DNA of 63,329 nt, the filler included, from Octopus bimaculoides (lineage: Eukaryota), in assembly GCF_001194135.2 (NCBI RefSeq). It is 7 parts of 6 records of this genome, joined end to end, with 100 filler letters (N's around TTAATTAATTAA, not from the genome) between each part and the next. Parts side by side here need not be neighbours in the genome. Positions count along the whole stretch, not along the records: positions 19,504 to 46,645 come from NC_068981.1; 6 more parts are not named here. One strand, written 5' to 3'. This document shows, in pieces, positions 21,150 to 34,450 of the stretch (its first letter is position 1; the number at the start of each line of letters is the position of its first letter). The position numbers were made by a program, and so were the translations under genes. Below the pieces are notes generated by a model that saw nothing but the letters and a program-made list of their open reading frames with translations, was not told the origin of the DNA and ran no database searches.

Positions 21150-21345
21150 GCCAAAGGTACAAGGCCTCAAATCTGGTGGGAGCGGACTAGTCTATTACAT
21201 CGACCCCAGTGTTTCACTGCTACTTAATTTATCGGTCCCGAGAGGATGAAAGGCAAGGTCGACCTCGGCGGAATTTGAACTCAGAATGTAGCGACGGACG
21301 AAAAGCCGCTAAGTATTTCGTCCAGCAAGTAAATGATTCTGCTAG
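21150..21345 (-). mobile_element. SINE family B copy
   Basis: Core GAGTTCAAATTCCGCCGAGGTCGAC...GGGTCGATGTAAT; related copies at about 14790, 19025, 29480, 33400, 35120, 35760, 41230 and 47520. Confidence 0.8.
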
Positions 21346-21409
21346 CCCCCACCCTACCCCCAAAATTTCAGGCCTTGTGTCTTTAGTAGTAAGGATTACT
21401 ATTATTATG

Positions 21410-21835
21410 AAAAGATTTTCTTAGGTAATTTCATGCGAATCTCAAGCGCTGCTCTGTATTCCTGAGGGTTGTGCGGTATTATGTTCTTATTTTTGTAAGA
21501 ATTAGGAGAGTTTAGATTCCTCTTGTTTGTGTACTTCTCCGGTTTGTTTTCTTATAGGATTTAATTTCTTGTTTCTTGTTATATTAGTATATGCTCTGTT
21601 GTATATGTAATGCGAGTTGTGTTCTTTTATTGGGCTTTAATCTTGTATCGTACATACTGCCTGAGCTGTATTGTTTTATTTAATTAGGTGCTTGTACAGG
21701 GTGACTAGTGTGTGAAAATTGTTCTAGTTGTGTAATTCTGTTCAATCGTTAGCCATTCTATTGACTTGATAGTGTAGTGCGTAAGATGTAGGCTGTTCCT
21801 AGCAGAGCTAACTTTTTAGGTAATGTGTACTGTTG
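21410..21835 (-). mobile_element. R4-like LINE extreme 3' end plus long 3' UTR
   Basis: LPKKLALLGTAYILRTTLSSQ*. Confidence 0.55.
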
Positions 21836-21859
21836 TGATGCTTATTATTATTATTATTT

Positions 21860-22571
21860 CCATTTCACCTGACAGTTAATTCTGTAAATGCGAACAACAA
21901 CCTGTTGTCAAGGACCTCACAGAGTCTCTATCCATGTACCAATCTCAGAATCCTCGTTGTTCCAAAGAAGCAGTTTCCTAGTTGTGCCAAGGAGGCAAAC
22001 CTTTTGTAACATTTCTACTGGGCACTTTATTTCAATTTCCTTCATATTCCTCTTGATGCCTTCTGATACTGTCCTCAAGGACCCAAAAATAATTGGCACT
22101 TTCTACACCTTCTTCATTTTCCATAGCCGGGTTATTTCGTACTTAAGAGGGTTGTATTTATCTATCTTTTCGCCTTCCTTCGTGACTATTCGTGGGTCAA
22201 AGGGGCATGTAACATCAACTATATAGCATATGTGGTGCACCTTAGCCACTACCACTAGGTCTGGTCTGTTATGCTCGAGCACATGATCTGTTTGGATTGG
22301 GAAATCCCAGAGGATTTTGCTAGTCCCCGACTCTCCCACTCTGTGCGGTTTATGCTTATACCTCGTCTTACCTTTTCGCACAGTTGGTAATGGAACACTT
22401 TCGCTACTTGGTCGTGTCACCACAACTTCTAATGGTTTTGGGCAAGTCTAGAGCATTCGTTCGTGATATGGACAATGGTTTCATTCGCTCTATCGGCTAT
22501 GCGGCATAGCGGAGATACTTGCTCATTCATAAAGTTGATCCTCCAGTTCGTGGCCAAAGCGTGGTCTTGCG
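21860..22571 (-). mobile_element. 5'-truncated R4/Dong-like LINE (CCHC knuckle plus RLE)
   Basis: LCRIADRANETIVHITNECSRLA; KILWDFPIQTDHVLEHNRPDLVVV...IVDVTCPFD...KEGEKIDKYNPL; (TAA)n on both sides. Confidence 0.9.
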
Positions 22572-22696
<125 letters not shown>

Positions 22697-23484
22697 NNNN
22701 NNNNNNNNNNNNNNNNNNNNNNNNNNNNNNNNNNNNNNNNNNNNNNNNNNNNNNNNNNNNNNNNNNNNNNNNNNNNNNNNNNNNNNNNNNNNNNNNNNNN
22801 NNNNNNNNNNNNNNNNNNNNNNNNNNNNNNNNNNNNNNNNNNNNNNNNNNNNNNNNNNNNNNNNNNNNNNNNNNNNNNNNNNNNNNNNNNNNNNNNNNNN
22901 NNNNNNNNNNNNNNNNNNNNNNNNNNNNNNNNNNNNNNNNNNNNNNNNNNNNNNNNNNNNNNNNNNNNNNNNNNNNNNNNNNNNNNNNNNNNNNNNNNNN
23001 NNNNNNNNNNNNNNNNNNNNNNNNNNNNNNNNNNNNNNNNNNNNNNNNNNNNNNNNNNNNNNNNNNNNNNNNNNNNNNNNNNNNNNNNNNNNNNNNNNNN
23101 NNNNNNNNNNNNNNNNNNNNNNNNNNNNNNNNNNNNNNNNNNNNNNNNNNNNNNNNNNNNNNNNNNNNNNNNNNNNNNNNNNNNNNNNNNNNNNNNNNNN
23201 NNNNNNNNNNNNNNNNNNNNNNNNNNNNNNNNNNNNNNNNNNNNNNNNNNNNNNNNNNNNNNNNNNNNNNNNNNNNNNNNNNNNNNNNNNNNNNNNNNNN
23301 NNNNNNNNNNNNNNNNNNNNNGACATGCTCAACTGGTTAAGGTCAAACAACTGACAAGCAAATCTGTGGTATTGAGCAGAATATTTGCTGTAGCCCATCT
23401 TTTATACCAAGACAAAACAATGTACATGATAACACTTCCAATCAATTAAGATCAGAAGCCATGAGAGCCACTGCTTGGTACTGC

Positions 23485-23564
<80 letters not shown>

Positions 23565-23581
23565 CATCATTATTATTATTA

Positions 23582-23624
<43 letters not shown>

Positions 23625-23772
23625 GAGCAGTGTATGCCATCAAATTGACAATGGAGTAAAATATACAAAGCCCGTTATATCCGTCATGACTACCCGTCTG
23701 ATAAAGGTACACTAGGCACATGCATCACAGCCATATGTGCGAGACATGGTGATCTCATATCAAGATTAACAG

Positions 23773-25760
23773 CGCGTCCTTTCCGGACTGTGATGAGACC
23801 CTGGTTAATTTACTCAAAGAGCAAACTCTTTTCTAAATGCCAAATACCACTTACAACGGGTGGGTTTTCTGATTGGATGAATAGACTCAGAACTCTAGAA
23901 AATCATGAAAACATCATGGAACATAACGGCGACGTTCAGCTGGCTAACACGAAAGTCAAATAAAAATACTGTGAATCAGCAACTTGAGGAACAGTTGAGA
24001 AAAAAACTGCAGTACTCTTTTGAAGTATTCAAAAGAGTTGTAGCAGTTATAAAGTTTTTGCAATGAAAGAAGTTTAGTATTTAGAGGTCATGTGGAAAAG
24101 TGACGCTCCCCAAACAATGGAAATTTCATGGGGGACATTCAGCTTATTGCGGAGTTTTTACATGAACATTTAGAGAAATGTAAAAATGAACAAGTAAATA
24201 TTACTTACCTATCCAAATCTGTGTATGAATAATTGATAGAAATCATGGGAAAACATGTGAAAGGTGAAGTGGTGAATCAGATCAACAACCTAAACATCAA
24301 ATACTACTCAATTATTGTTGACTACACCTGACATAACACATTTTGACCTGCTGGTAATTGTGATTCGATACTGTTATAATGGAAAACCATGTGAGAGATT
24401 TTTAGCATTTTTGCCAATAGATATACATTCATCCACGACCTTGTTCAATAAAATAACAATTTCTGGGGTGCATAAGCTTTCACTTGAAAATATCCGTGGT
24501 CAGTCGTAGAATAATGCTTCCAACATGAAGGGCTCAGAGAAAGGGTTGCAAGCACTTCTTAAAAACATTAACAGGTATGCAGACTACGTACCATGTGGAA
24601 GCCATTCACCCAACTTTGTTTGGTAAAAGGCAGTGTCTACTCTACCTGAAGTTGTTGACTATTTTGGCATCTTGCAGCAGCTGTATGTTTTCTTTTCTCA
24701 ATCTCCTCGAAGACAGGGGATTTTAAACACACAGGGCAATCTAGCCTTTTCTCTAAAGAGCTTAAGTGTCACTAGATGGTCTGAACACTATGAAGTAGTC
24801 CGGGCAATTAAAAATAGACATAAGAATATTTTATAAACTTTCAAACATGTTTGAAGACTCAGAAGAGAAGCCTGAATGTAAGCGAGACGCAAAAAATTTA
24901 TACCACAATTTGGTAAAATTGGAATATGTTGTTTGTTTTAACGGTCGTTTGGGAATAGGTTATGGAGCGTTTTAACAAAACAAGTAAGGAACTCCGAACC
25001 CCTGGTTCCGATGTATTTGAAGGTTACCTTCTGCTAGCATCTTTGCTTTCATTTGTTAAAGAGCTATGAGAAAATTCAGCCGACCTGATTGTACATTATG
25101 AATCAGCAGCAAAAGATTTATGTTAATATATCACCTCAAATTATTCTGCTGTTTCCAAATGCATTGTTACAAAGAAATTTACAGATGGAACAAGTGATAG
25201 GGTTTCTTTGAAAGGGGGTGAAAAATTTAGGATAGAAGTTCAAAATCAAGTCCATGACTGCTTGATAATTCAGTTAAGCAAGAGGATGGGCCCATATGAG
25301 CAGATTGCAAAAAGGTTCAAGTTGCTCTCAGAATTGATGAACAATTCAGAATTTGATGAGAACGATATCAAACTTATAATATTGAATTACAGAGACTTTA
25401 TTGACCACAAATTAATAAATGAGTGTTATCAGTTCAAAGGATATTTACACCTTAGGAAATCCCGGAACACAGAAGAAAACACGACCATCTAAAATGCAAT
25501 GCACAGAAGTTTTACAGCTTGTTTATGAGCAACAATTAATTGAAGCGTCCCCTAATATTACCACTGCGCATGAGCTGTACTTGATAATGCCTATTACGAG
25601 CTGTGAAGCAGAAAGGAGTTCCTCAAAGCTTTCCTTTATTAAGAATAAATTTCAGTCTACCATGACTGAAGAGCGCTTAAATTCCTTATGCATATTTACT
25701 CCAGAAAATGACATTGCAAGGAAGCCGTCATATGACAAAACACAGAAAAAGAGTATTTTG
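23773..25760 (+). pseudogene. hAT transposase (ZMYM1/DUF4371-type), decayed
   Basis: TPDITHFDLLVIVIRY...ERFLAF; RGQS*NNASNMKG; YVPCGSHSPN; SVTRWS; C-terminal MPITSCEAERSSSKLSFIKNKFQSTMTEERLNSL dimerisation motif. Confidence 0.9.
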
Positions 25761-25993
25761 TAATTTTCATATTGTTATATATTGTTATATACATGTATCA
25801 TGCATGTGTATAACACATCCTTAATTTTCAACCCCCATAGGCATAACCTGGAAAATATTTGTAGTGATCTGCCATGGAACAACCACATCGACAAAGATAT
25901 TGGTGATTACCCACACCTCATTTCTGGTGGAAAGAAGCTCACTTTCAGACTCATTTTTAAGGACTCCACATCACAACTCCACCATTTAGGCTA

Positions 25994-26187
25994 TCAAGGC
26001 CTCAAGCTGGAGTTCCTTGTAAGGACACGAACATTCTTTGACCCTTGTTGGCTGATCTACAATATTGAGGCCCTGAAGCTTAAAATGTTATTTGGGTCCC
26101 CTTTACAACCAGCAACAGTAGGGTAACATCCAACAAGGGTCAAAGAATGTTCGTGTCCTTACAAGGAACTCCAGCTTGAGGCCTTGA
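25994..26187. repeat. Perfect 58-bp inverted repeat around a 78-bp core; core duplicated at 26423-26500
   Basis: Arms 25994-26051 and 26130-26187 are exact reverse complements; the core copies are identical. Confidence 0.9.
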
Positions 26188-26539
26188 GCTGAGTCAACCT
26201 GTTATTAAATACTTACAACTCCAGGTATATGTGATCAGTTCTGCTGTTTCGTTTCATTACCTAGCTATGTATGCATATATACACGTACACAAACACACAC
26301 AAACACACACACATACATACATACATACACACACACATATACATGTATATGCAAATGAGTGCATGCGCGCGCGCGTGTGTGAATGTATGTAAGTATATGT
26401 ATATGTATACTGGAGGCAGTGGCTGATCTACAATATTGAGGCCCTGAAGCTTAAAATGTTATTTGGGTCCCCTTTACAACCAGCAACAGTAGGGTAACAT
26501 CTGTACGGAGTCAGAATAAAAAGAATTTAATTATGGTTT

Positions 26540-27480
26540 TTTGTGAAAATATTTCGGGTCCTCCATAGGCATACTTCAGGTCACGTGGATACTTTGATGA
26601 ATTCGTTAAGTTATATATGCTTCCAAATAGTAGAGAAGATAGTCTAATGGTGTCAAATTGTCGGTAACTGTACAGTTTAAAAACTTAGAGGTGGTGGTGA
26701 TGGGAAGCAGCTGCTATCCTGGCCAAGTAACCGATTTTTTATGTCAGTTTACAATAACTGTATGATATAGTTTATTTGGCTTCTGCTGAGCCACGGTGGT
26801 GGTACGCGGCAGGGAAATAATTTCGCTATTGGCAAGCAGGATTGCTTATTCTGCAATTCTGCTACTACAAAGGTTGTTTTTCCAGGATTTTAGCGGCCAA
26901 TGATTTAGAGTTCATTACAAGACTATCAACAATGGGTTAGGCCAGTGGGTTAGACTGTCAACAATGGGTTAGGCCAGTATTCCTGTTGATGGATATTGCA
27001 GACTGTTGCAGTATACGTAATGTCTCATATAGACAGAATTGACACTTTTGAACGTTTCGTTGATCCCTGAGTTTCCAAATAACTTTGAACAGAGAGGTGT
27101 TTTTCGTCTCCCTACATCCGAAAGAATGTATATGTTGCGTCAACATTCTTCTGAGATCATTATCTATTATTTCTGTGCCGTGCCTTGAGATGCCATATAT
27201 GGCAAGTATATATACCACAACCTTTGAGAGTACGGTTCTTCCCAGTGGGCTGTTGGTGGAACTTCAGAAGTAACAGTCCAGGGTATAGAATAGAATTTGG
27301 TGGCTGCTGTATGGACGGATGTTTGTTTCTTTTACAGCGTGCGATTTTCTCAAGGAATGAGTAGCTAACCTGAACATTATACAGAATTTATGGTGCGTAT
27401 GGGTTCCTGGGAAGAGCTACCTATTTAGGAACGGGAAGCTTCTATATTATTAGATACTTCTAGATTGACGTATCTCTTCG
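26540..27480 (-). mobile_element. Penelope-like element 3' part (GIY-YIG endonuclease)
   Basis: SPLGRTVLSKVVVY...HIHSFGCRETKNTSLFKVIWKLRD...CQFCLYETLRIL...INRNTGLTHC follows the PLE GIY-YIG C-terminal pattern; degenerate CTGAAG...CGAAA motif at 26543-26584. Confidence 0.75.
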
Positions 27481-27657
27481 GGTTTGGCAACGCTTCTCAC
27501 ATACTCTATCTTATCATTAAAGTTACACTTTGATAGTACCTTATATTTGGGCACAGCCATGTTGAAGTTCTTTTTACCCACCAAATTAACTGGAGATTCT
27601 GTGACAAGCTCTCTAACTACACTAGACGAGTTTTATATGTATAATGTATATAGGTGT

Positions 27658-27708
<51 letters not shown>

Positions 27709-30700
27709 GAAGGAGAGAAAAAGCAGTTATACAGATAGACAGGTGGCTAGCTAGCTTGTTAGATGCATGGATAAGTATAGATATATGTATATTAACATAC
27801 ACATGTGTGTGTATGCGTGTGTGTGAGTGTCTGGTGTATGTATGTATACTTGTATCCCATAACATGCACATCCATAAATATACATTTGTGCATGTGTACG
27901 TGTGCAAACAAAATCAACCAAAATGTTCTCATAGACACCCACTCAACCAAACACAAAGACACTCACTGCGCAGCTCCACGGTCTCATTTACAAACAAACT
28001 TACATACCAGACACAAACCAAAAAGTTGTGCATGAGGTCGTTGAGAAGATCGCATATCTCTGATGAAAAAATTTTGAAAACAATGAATTAATTAATTAGT
28101 TAATTAATGTATTGTAGCGAGCAGCAAGCAAGTCGTAAAAGGCAATAATATGACGTAATGGTCATGTTGCCCGAACAAGTATAATTGTTGGTTTCCCATT
28201 GGTTAAAATTACTGCCCATATTTGAATTATAAACTTTCGTCAAAGAGAATTATTTCACGAAATACGGTTCTTAGAATTCAGGTATGAGCAGTTATAAAAA
28301 CCCTGACTTCTGAGAAATTAATCAGTGATCGTTGGTTGTTACTAAACTCCACGACACTTATACTAGTGTTCATTGGTCGTAACTCTCTACGACAAATCGC
28401 CTTACTTCTAAATGTACTGTAAATAGTAAATGTAAATAAACAAGCCAATGTAGTAAACCTGTTAATGAAATTATTTCTGCAATTATGAAACTGTTTTTTA
28501 TAGCGGTGAAAATGAACACGAACTTATCTTCAACATACATGCACATTCGACATGTCCGTGAAGCGTTTTGATATATATATATTTCACTGCCGTGTTTACG
28601 TAGCTTGAGTTGAGATTTATGTATAGTGATAACACTTATAATTGAGTTATAAGTGACGGGTTTATCAATATAGATTCTTACTCAAGAAATAAAATATATT
28701 TTTTATCTTTCCCAGTAGAAACCATATAAATAAGATAATACACCACATTATAAAAGTAGTACCCAATCAGCCGTCATAACAATCTCACCGTTATAGTATA
28801 AACAAGTCAACCCCAACAAAGTTGCATATAATTACTGGCAAAAGTGGCCCTCAAGATATATGTCTTTGTCTGTGTGTGGATATGAAATATTATCTAACTT
28901 ATCAATGACTTGTCTTATTTGTAGGATGTATATAAGTATATAATAGAATATAATATGCATACATATTTTCATATATGTGTGTGTGTGCATGTGTGCGTAT
29001 GTGCGTGCTTGCATATGTATATGTATATATATATTCACACATACAGATTGTATTATTCTATTACTTGTTTCAGCCATGCAGCGGCGGTCATATACATACG
29101 TAGATACATACATAACGTGTGATGATTATTTTCTACATAACTTAGGGAATCTGATAAAGATTTGATTTGTTGCACCGAAACATTCTTAGATACACTGTGA
29201 TTGTCGACCACGTGATGTCATGATAAAATTTACTTCATAATATTTTGACTAGGTGCGTCCCAGTTTATGTTATCTTTCCTATATTAAACACACCCTTTTA
29301 TAATGCATTCTTATGTTGTCGTATAAAATAGCTATTCGGCAGCCTTCACCAAAGTACATACGAAGCATTCTTCAATTAATTTATCCCAATTTGGCTTCAA
29401 CCTATGAAGAAAAAAAAAATATCATATATTTTGTAGTACATGAACCGTAGAAAAGTATGGATTGGTGGGAACGTTAGAGCACTAGACAGATGTAGTACAT
29501 TTTCCCCCAACCTTTTACGATCTGTGTTCAAATCCCGTCGAGGTCAGTTTTACTTTTTTGTCTTATTGAGGTCGATCTAAAGATACCAGTCAAATGCAGG
29601 AGTCGATTTAATCGACTGAACCATTTCCCAATTCGACCTTGTATTTATGTTGGATATTTATTGTTGGTGGTATAGATTATTATATACGTTACATTTATAA
29701 CTTACAAAACGAATGAATGACAGAATGGTTGCGAACGAAAAGCTGCAAACAAAACATTGATCAACAGAACTTATGCAGAAGGCTTATGCACTCTTCCATA
29801 TATTTCTTTGTGATATTAAAGGGATACACATTGTACATGCTTATGAACATCCATTTATACATCAATGTATAGGTAAATGAGATAACGTTTTCCAAAAAAT
29901 AACACCAAGCTATATTTGGTTTATATAGAAGCTACAAAACACCCCTACCAACGTTAGAGATATCCTCAATTTATTGAATTGAAGCAGTTTGTCGGGTTTG
30001 TTTAGTGATCCACAGACGCCAGTGTATGTAGACACTTGCAGTTAGATAACATCATTATCACGCTGAGGAAAATGTAATACATTTACAAAAGTTAATCCCT
30101 AACCTGGTTTAGTCCGGACTTTGTACTCTGGGTGGAAGAATACGTTTCTGCTTATCAGCATTAAAGAAGAAAAAAACAGGATGGCGCAGTTAATCGGTTA
30201 AACTACATTAGAGTGCATGAACACATCTGTCTCAGCAGGAGCTGATCTCAATGGGACGTGAGTAAAAACAGAATATTAGTTTATTTACATAAATGCATAA
30301 TTACGTTACTAAATAGATGAGAGCACACACAAATACACGCTTCAAATACTTCCTCAAGAAGCAAGTAAATAGATAAAACACAGGGGTGAAATGAAGACAA
30401 AAAATACTGAAGGAAGAAAAATGTTATCTATTTATAAATATATAACAGTTTGTTAGTGGTTCCCTTAGTAATATAGGTTGAAATAAAAGAGGACTACAAC
30501 TTCTTTTCTGATGGCATCGACCGTTTTTCGCAATTTTCTCATTTTACCAAGCAAGAGAGTGAAAAATTAGCTTCAAAGACAAAGCAATTACGAAAAAGAA
30601 AAGGAATGAAAAACAAAGCAATGGTTCAGCGGCATCAAAACACTGTCGTTTATTTAACATGATACGACACACAATATTAATGAAGAGAGATACACATTTC

Positions 30701-31279
30701 AAAAAATATGTCCACATCAAAATTTTACATTCACGTAAAAACAATATTGTTCCAAACAAATGGAGTGCATACAACAGGTATGCTAAAGAGCGTGAAAAGA
30801 ATTCTTCGGTTTTTTCTTCTTTTTTTTCAATCTCATTTTTGGATTATAGATTATTTCCAAAATCTTTGACCTAACAGCGCTGTTAAAAGTGAATATTGTT
30901 GTTCGAGATAAGCTCAATAGGCATAGCAGACTATGAGAGTGGTTTGTGTAGGGGGATGATACTGTTTTCTATGCATTTTTTGATTGACCATCAATCACCG
31001 GCTTGCAGCATTCTATCAAATGGCTTTTAATGTGTGCTTGTATGGTGTATATACACTAGCTGTGAATGTCAAAGGAATTCTTTATCTTCAGAGAACGCCT
31101 GCATTCCTTTGGCGAGTAAGGGTAGTAACTTTCCTATGTCAACTATTTAATAAAATGTAAGCAAAGATAAAGCTATAAAAATGTTTATGTCTGTGTAGTT
31201 ATACGTAAATAAGTAAGAAAAGTTATGTTAAAATTATGAAACCGTCTACGTGTGTTTCATTAAATTGTATAATGAGTTA

Positions 31280-32280
31280 CCAGCAGTGTTTGATGGAATG
31301 AAAGACCGAAACGCCACAGACCTTGAGCAAAGGAGTGCCTTTTAGTGAATTGAACCCGAGGACACTCCCTACCTGAATAGTCTCTCTCATTTATATTGTG
31401 AATCCCTAGCAGTAACTCAGTAACTGTGCCTATCCCGGGAGTTTTCTAGATACTGGTAATCCTCAGTGTGTCCGTGACGGTGGGCCATACTCGTGGTGCT
31501 ATTTTGCTCTTCCTTTCCTTTTCCTATTTATCCATTGAGCATTTATGTTGTGTTGTTCTTGTTTACTCCATATTTTTCCCCAGTATGACTGAATCGCTGA
31601 TGTTGTTAGCATGTCATTTATTGCGTTTATTTTTCTTGCTTAACTTTCTGTAAAATCTGTTCGAGTTTATTTTAGATTTTGTTTTCTTGGGAAAAGCGTT
31701 CACTTTTTTCTTACTGCTGTATGCGGCACGTTTTTGCTGCTAAGCCCTGCTAAATTTTTTTCTTACCTCCCAGGTATCTTTTTTATTTTTTATGTTGAAT
31801 TGTTTTGGTCTATAAGTCTTCTTTTTATTTTTCATGTTTGATCTTTCTTTCTCTAATCCGCAAAGTAGAGATAAGTCTTTCTTTTGGTTCTTAATTTAAT
31901 TTATGTTTTGTTTCCATTTTGGATTTGAGATTTGGCTGGGATTTTTTATCTTTTTATCATTATTATCTTATTACCTTTTTCATCTTATTATTGTTGCTGT
32001 TGTTGTTGCTGCTGCTGTATTTGCAAATGAACAGCATCGTTTTGGAGCACGTAAGTTGATATTGAACTTTGTTGTTTTGTAGAATGTAATTTTGTTTTTT
32101 TGTTGTAACATTTTCTTATCAAGCCAACTAGCATTATCTGAAATGAGTCCGTTTTGTGAAATTGTTGTCCCTTCGATACGAATGCTGGTATTTTTCTGTT
32201 TTTGTTTTTTTTTTTATATAGTGAGTTTCATAAATGTGGCAAAAAGACAATATGGCTTCTGAAATCCAGGAAGCAGTTAG
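31280..32280 (-). mobile_element. R4-like LINE N-terminal/pre-RT fragment
   Basis: NSNRFYRKLSK and YWGKIWSKQEQHNINAQW resemble the conserved pre-RT block; heavily decayed. Confidence 0.45.
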
Positions 32281-34259
32281 CTATTCGTGCAACCAATACA
32301 ATACTAATTTCCCAATTTTACCTGTTAACAGGGAATGTATAAACAATTAAAGAAATATCGATAACAACAATACTGAGGAAAATAGCACAAATAAAAAGGT
32401 ATGTGAAAGTCTCGACCGAAACAACAACAACAATAAGCATGCAAACAACAGCAATGTATACAGCTCTTTATTTCAGCAAACAAAACTGACAACTTCGGTC
32501 TTTATTATGACTTCCTTAACAAAATATAGACTTTACCGATACATGCCGGAGTGATGATAGAAGAATCTCTAAGTAAATGTGTAAATTTATTGAATTCTTA
32601 GATAATAAATGAGACGCCATCTGCAGTTTAGGTGATGATAATGTATTTAAAGCAAAGTGCATAAAAAGTTATGTAAATCATTTTTAAAATTATATAAGTC
32701 CGAATTTTATGTAAAATGTAACTCATCTGTCACTACCAATCACTAATTTATAATATAAATCAGATGTTTTGTTTTACATCAATTTTGGGTGCTATTATTT
32801 AGCTCCGTATCAACCCTGATCCATTATACCTATTATCAAAAGTATTCCAATCGTGAGGATTCCATTTTCTTTTCAGATATTGTGTATCTAGGACTACATT
32901 GTCTAATGTAACAGAGTGATTCGAGGGAAAATTTTACTTACATTTCTAGCATATCGTGCTGTCAAGGCTCACATCAGTTGTGAATATTTTGAGATTAATA
33001 CGAAAACATCTTACATCAGACACCAACATTCTAAATTGGTAACATAATAATAGGAAAATGTTATCTTTGGATTTTCCAAACCCTGATTTTTTTGGAAGAG
33101 GGAATGACAAATTACATTTATCTCTTCCTTTTTACTTACGTATGTGGAATAATTAGCTTCAAGCAGGAATCAAATCCGACTAGAAGATATGCCTTAGCTA
33201 GATCTTATCACTTGAATAAAATTAAATTGAAAACTAAATTATTCGGCTGTTATCCGACTCCGGAAAGTAGAAGAAAACAGCCCAAGGACTGCTCTCGATG
33301 CGATCTGAACTCAGAATTGACGAACAGTAATAACTGTATATCATTGTATCCAACGATCTGATAATTCGAAAAATCTACAGTCTAAATGTTATGGAATAGT
33401 ATTTGTTTCAAATTTTGGCACAAGGCCAGCAATTTTGGGGGAAGGTTAAGTCGATTACATCGATCCCAAAAAGATATGAAAGACAAAGCCGACGTTGGAG
33501 GAATTTGAATTCAAAACGTAAAGAAGGACGAAATGCCGCTAAGCATTTTGGCTGGCGCAGTAACTATTCTTCCAGCTCGCCGCCTTGAGTAATGAAGTAA
33601 TATTAACTTTTATTATGAACGATGATACCTCCTATCTTGTAAATAATTTGTTTTGTAAACAGAATTCTTTTAAATTACACTAGATAACTCATTACTTTGT
33701 CAGTATCAGGAATGTCAGCGTAATCTATTTTATATTAAACTAAACACTTGAGCCAAACAGGCTGCTTCGTCTCAAGTAGCAGGAAATATTTTACGTTCTA
33801 CATTCAGTTAAATAAACATCTATAAAGCAAAGAAGAAACCAAGTAATTAATTTATGTTTTGGGACCTTAGTGTGCCATAAGGAGGCAAAAGAGGTTGGCC
33901 AGTTAATACCAACAATTATTTGTAGTCGCCTTTTAAATGATTATATTTGCACTAATTCTGTTAGCAAAAGGAAGCTGGTACTTATACACTTGTCTTCTGT
34001 TTTTTGACTAATACATCTTGAGTAGAATTGTACAGATCGCATAGTAATTTCAGTAAACTTATATCAAGTTTAATATTCTACAGTTTCAATTATTCATATT
34101 TATTTTATCTAATGTCCCATGGAAAATGTAATTTATTGTTGTCAGACATAGCTGAAAAATAACTCATTAATAATACATATGTATCTAACACATATTCACG
34201 TAACCTATATACAGGTAGTACACATATGCGTAAAAACATTGCGCTTTCTCTTCATTTAG

Positions 34260-34450
34260 CAAACTGAAGTAACTGTAATCAAGAACAAAATTGCAACCAT
34301 AAGTCCTTATTTGCTGGTTGCAGTACATAAACTGTTCGATACGTTGGGCAGTATTTAAATTTTAGCAATTTTCCTCACTTGCAAATAAGGTGTCGTCCGC
34401 AAAATACCTTGCAATATTAATACAATTCCCTTAAGTCGAAGCCAACTTCA
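34260..34450 (-). mobile_element. Possible old LINE RT fragment
   Basis: YFADDTLFAS motif at 34387-34406; little flanking support. Confidence 0.25.

Noticed and set aside
30100-30160. WFSPDFVLWV resembling a KilA-N motif
   Set aside because: Upstream spacing is wrong and the frame is closed by stops.
30180-30257. AGADLNG ankyrin-like end before a GAC|gtgagt donor
   Set aside because: In-frame stop, no TPLH-type motif and no clear acceptor.
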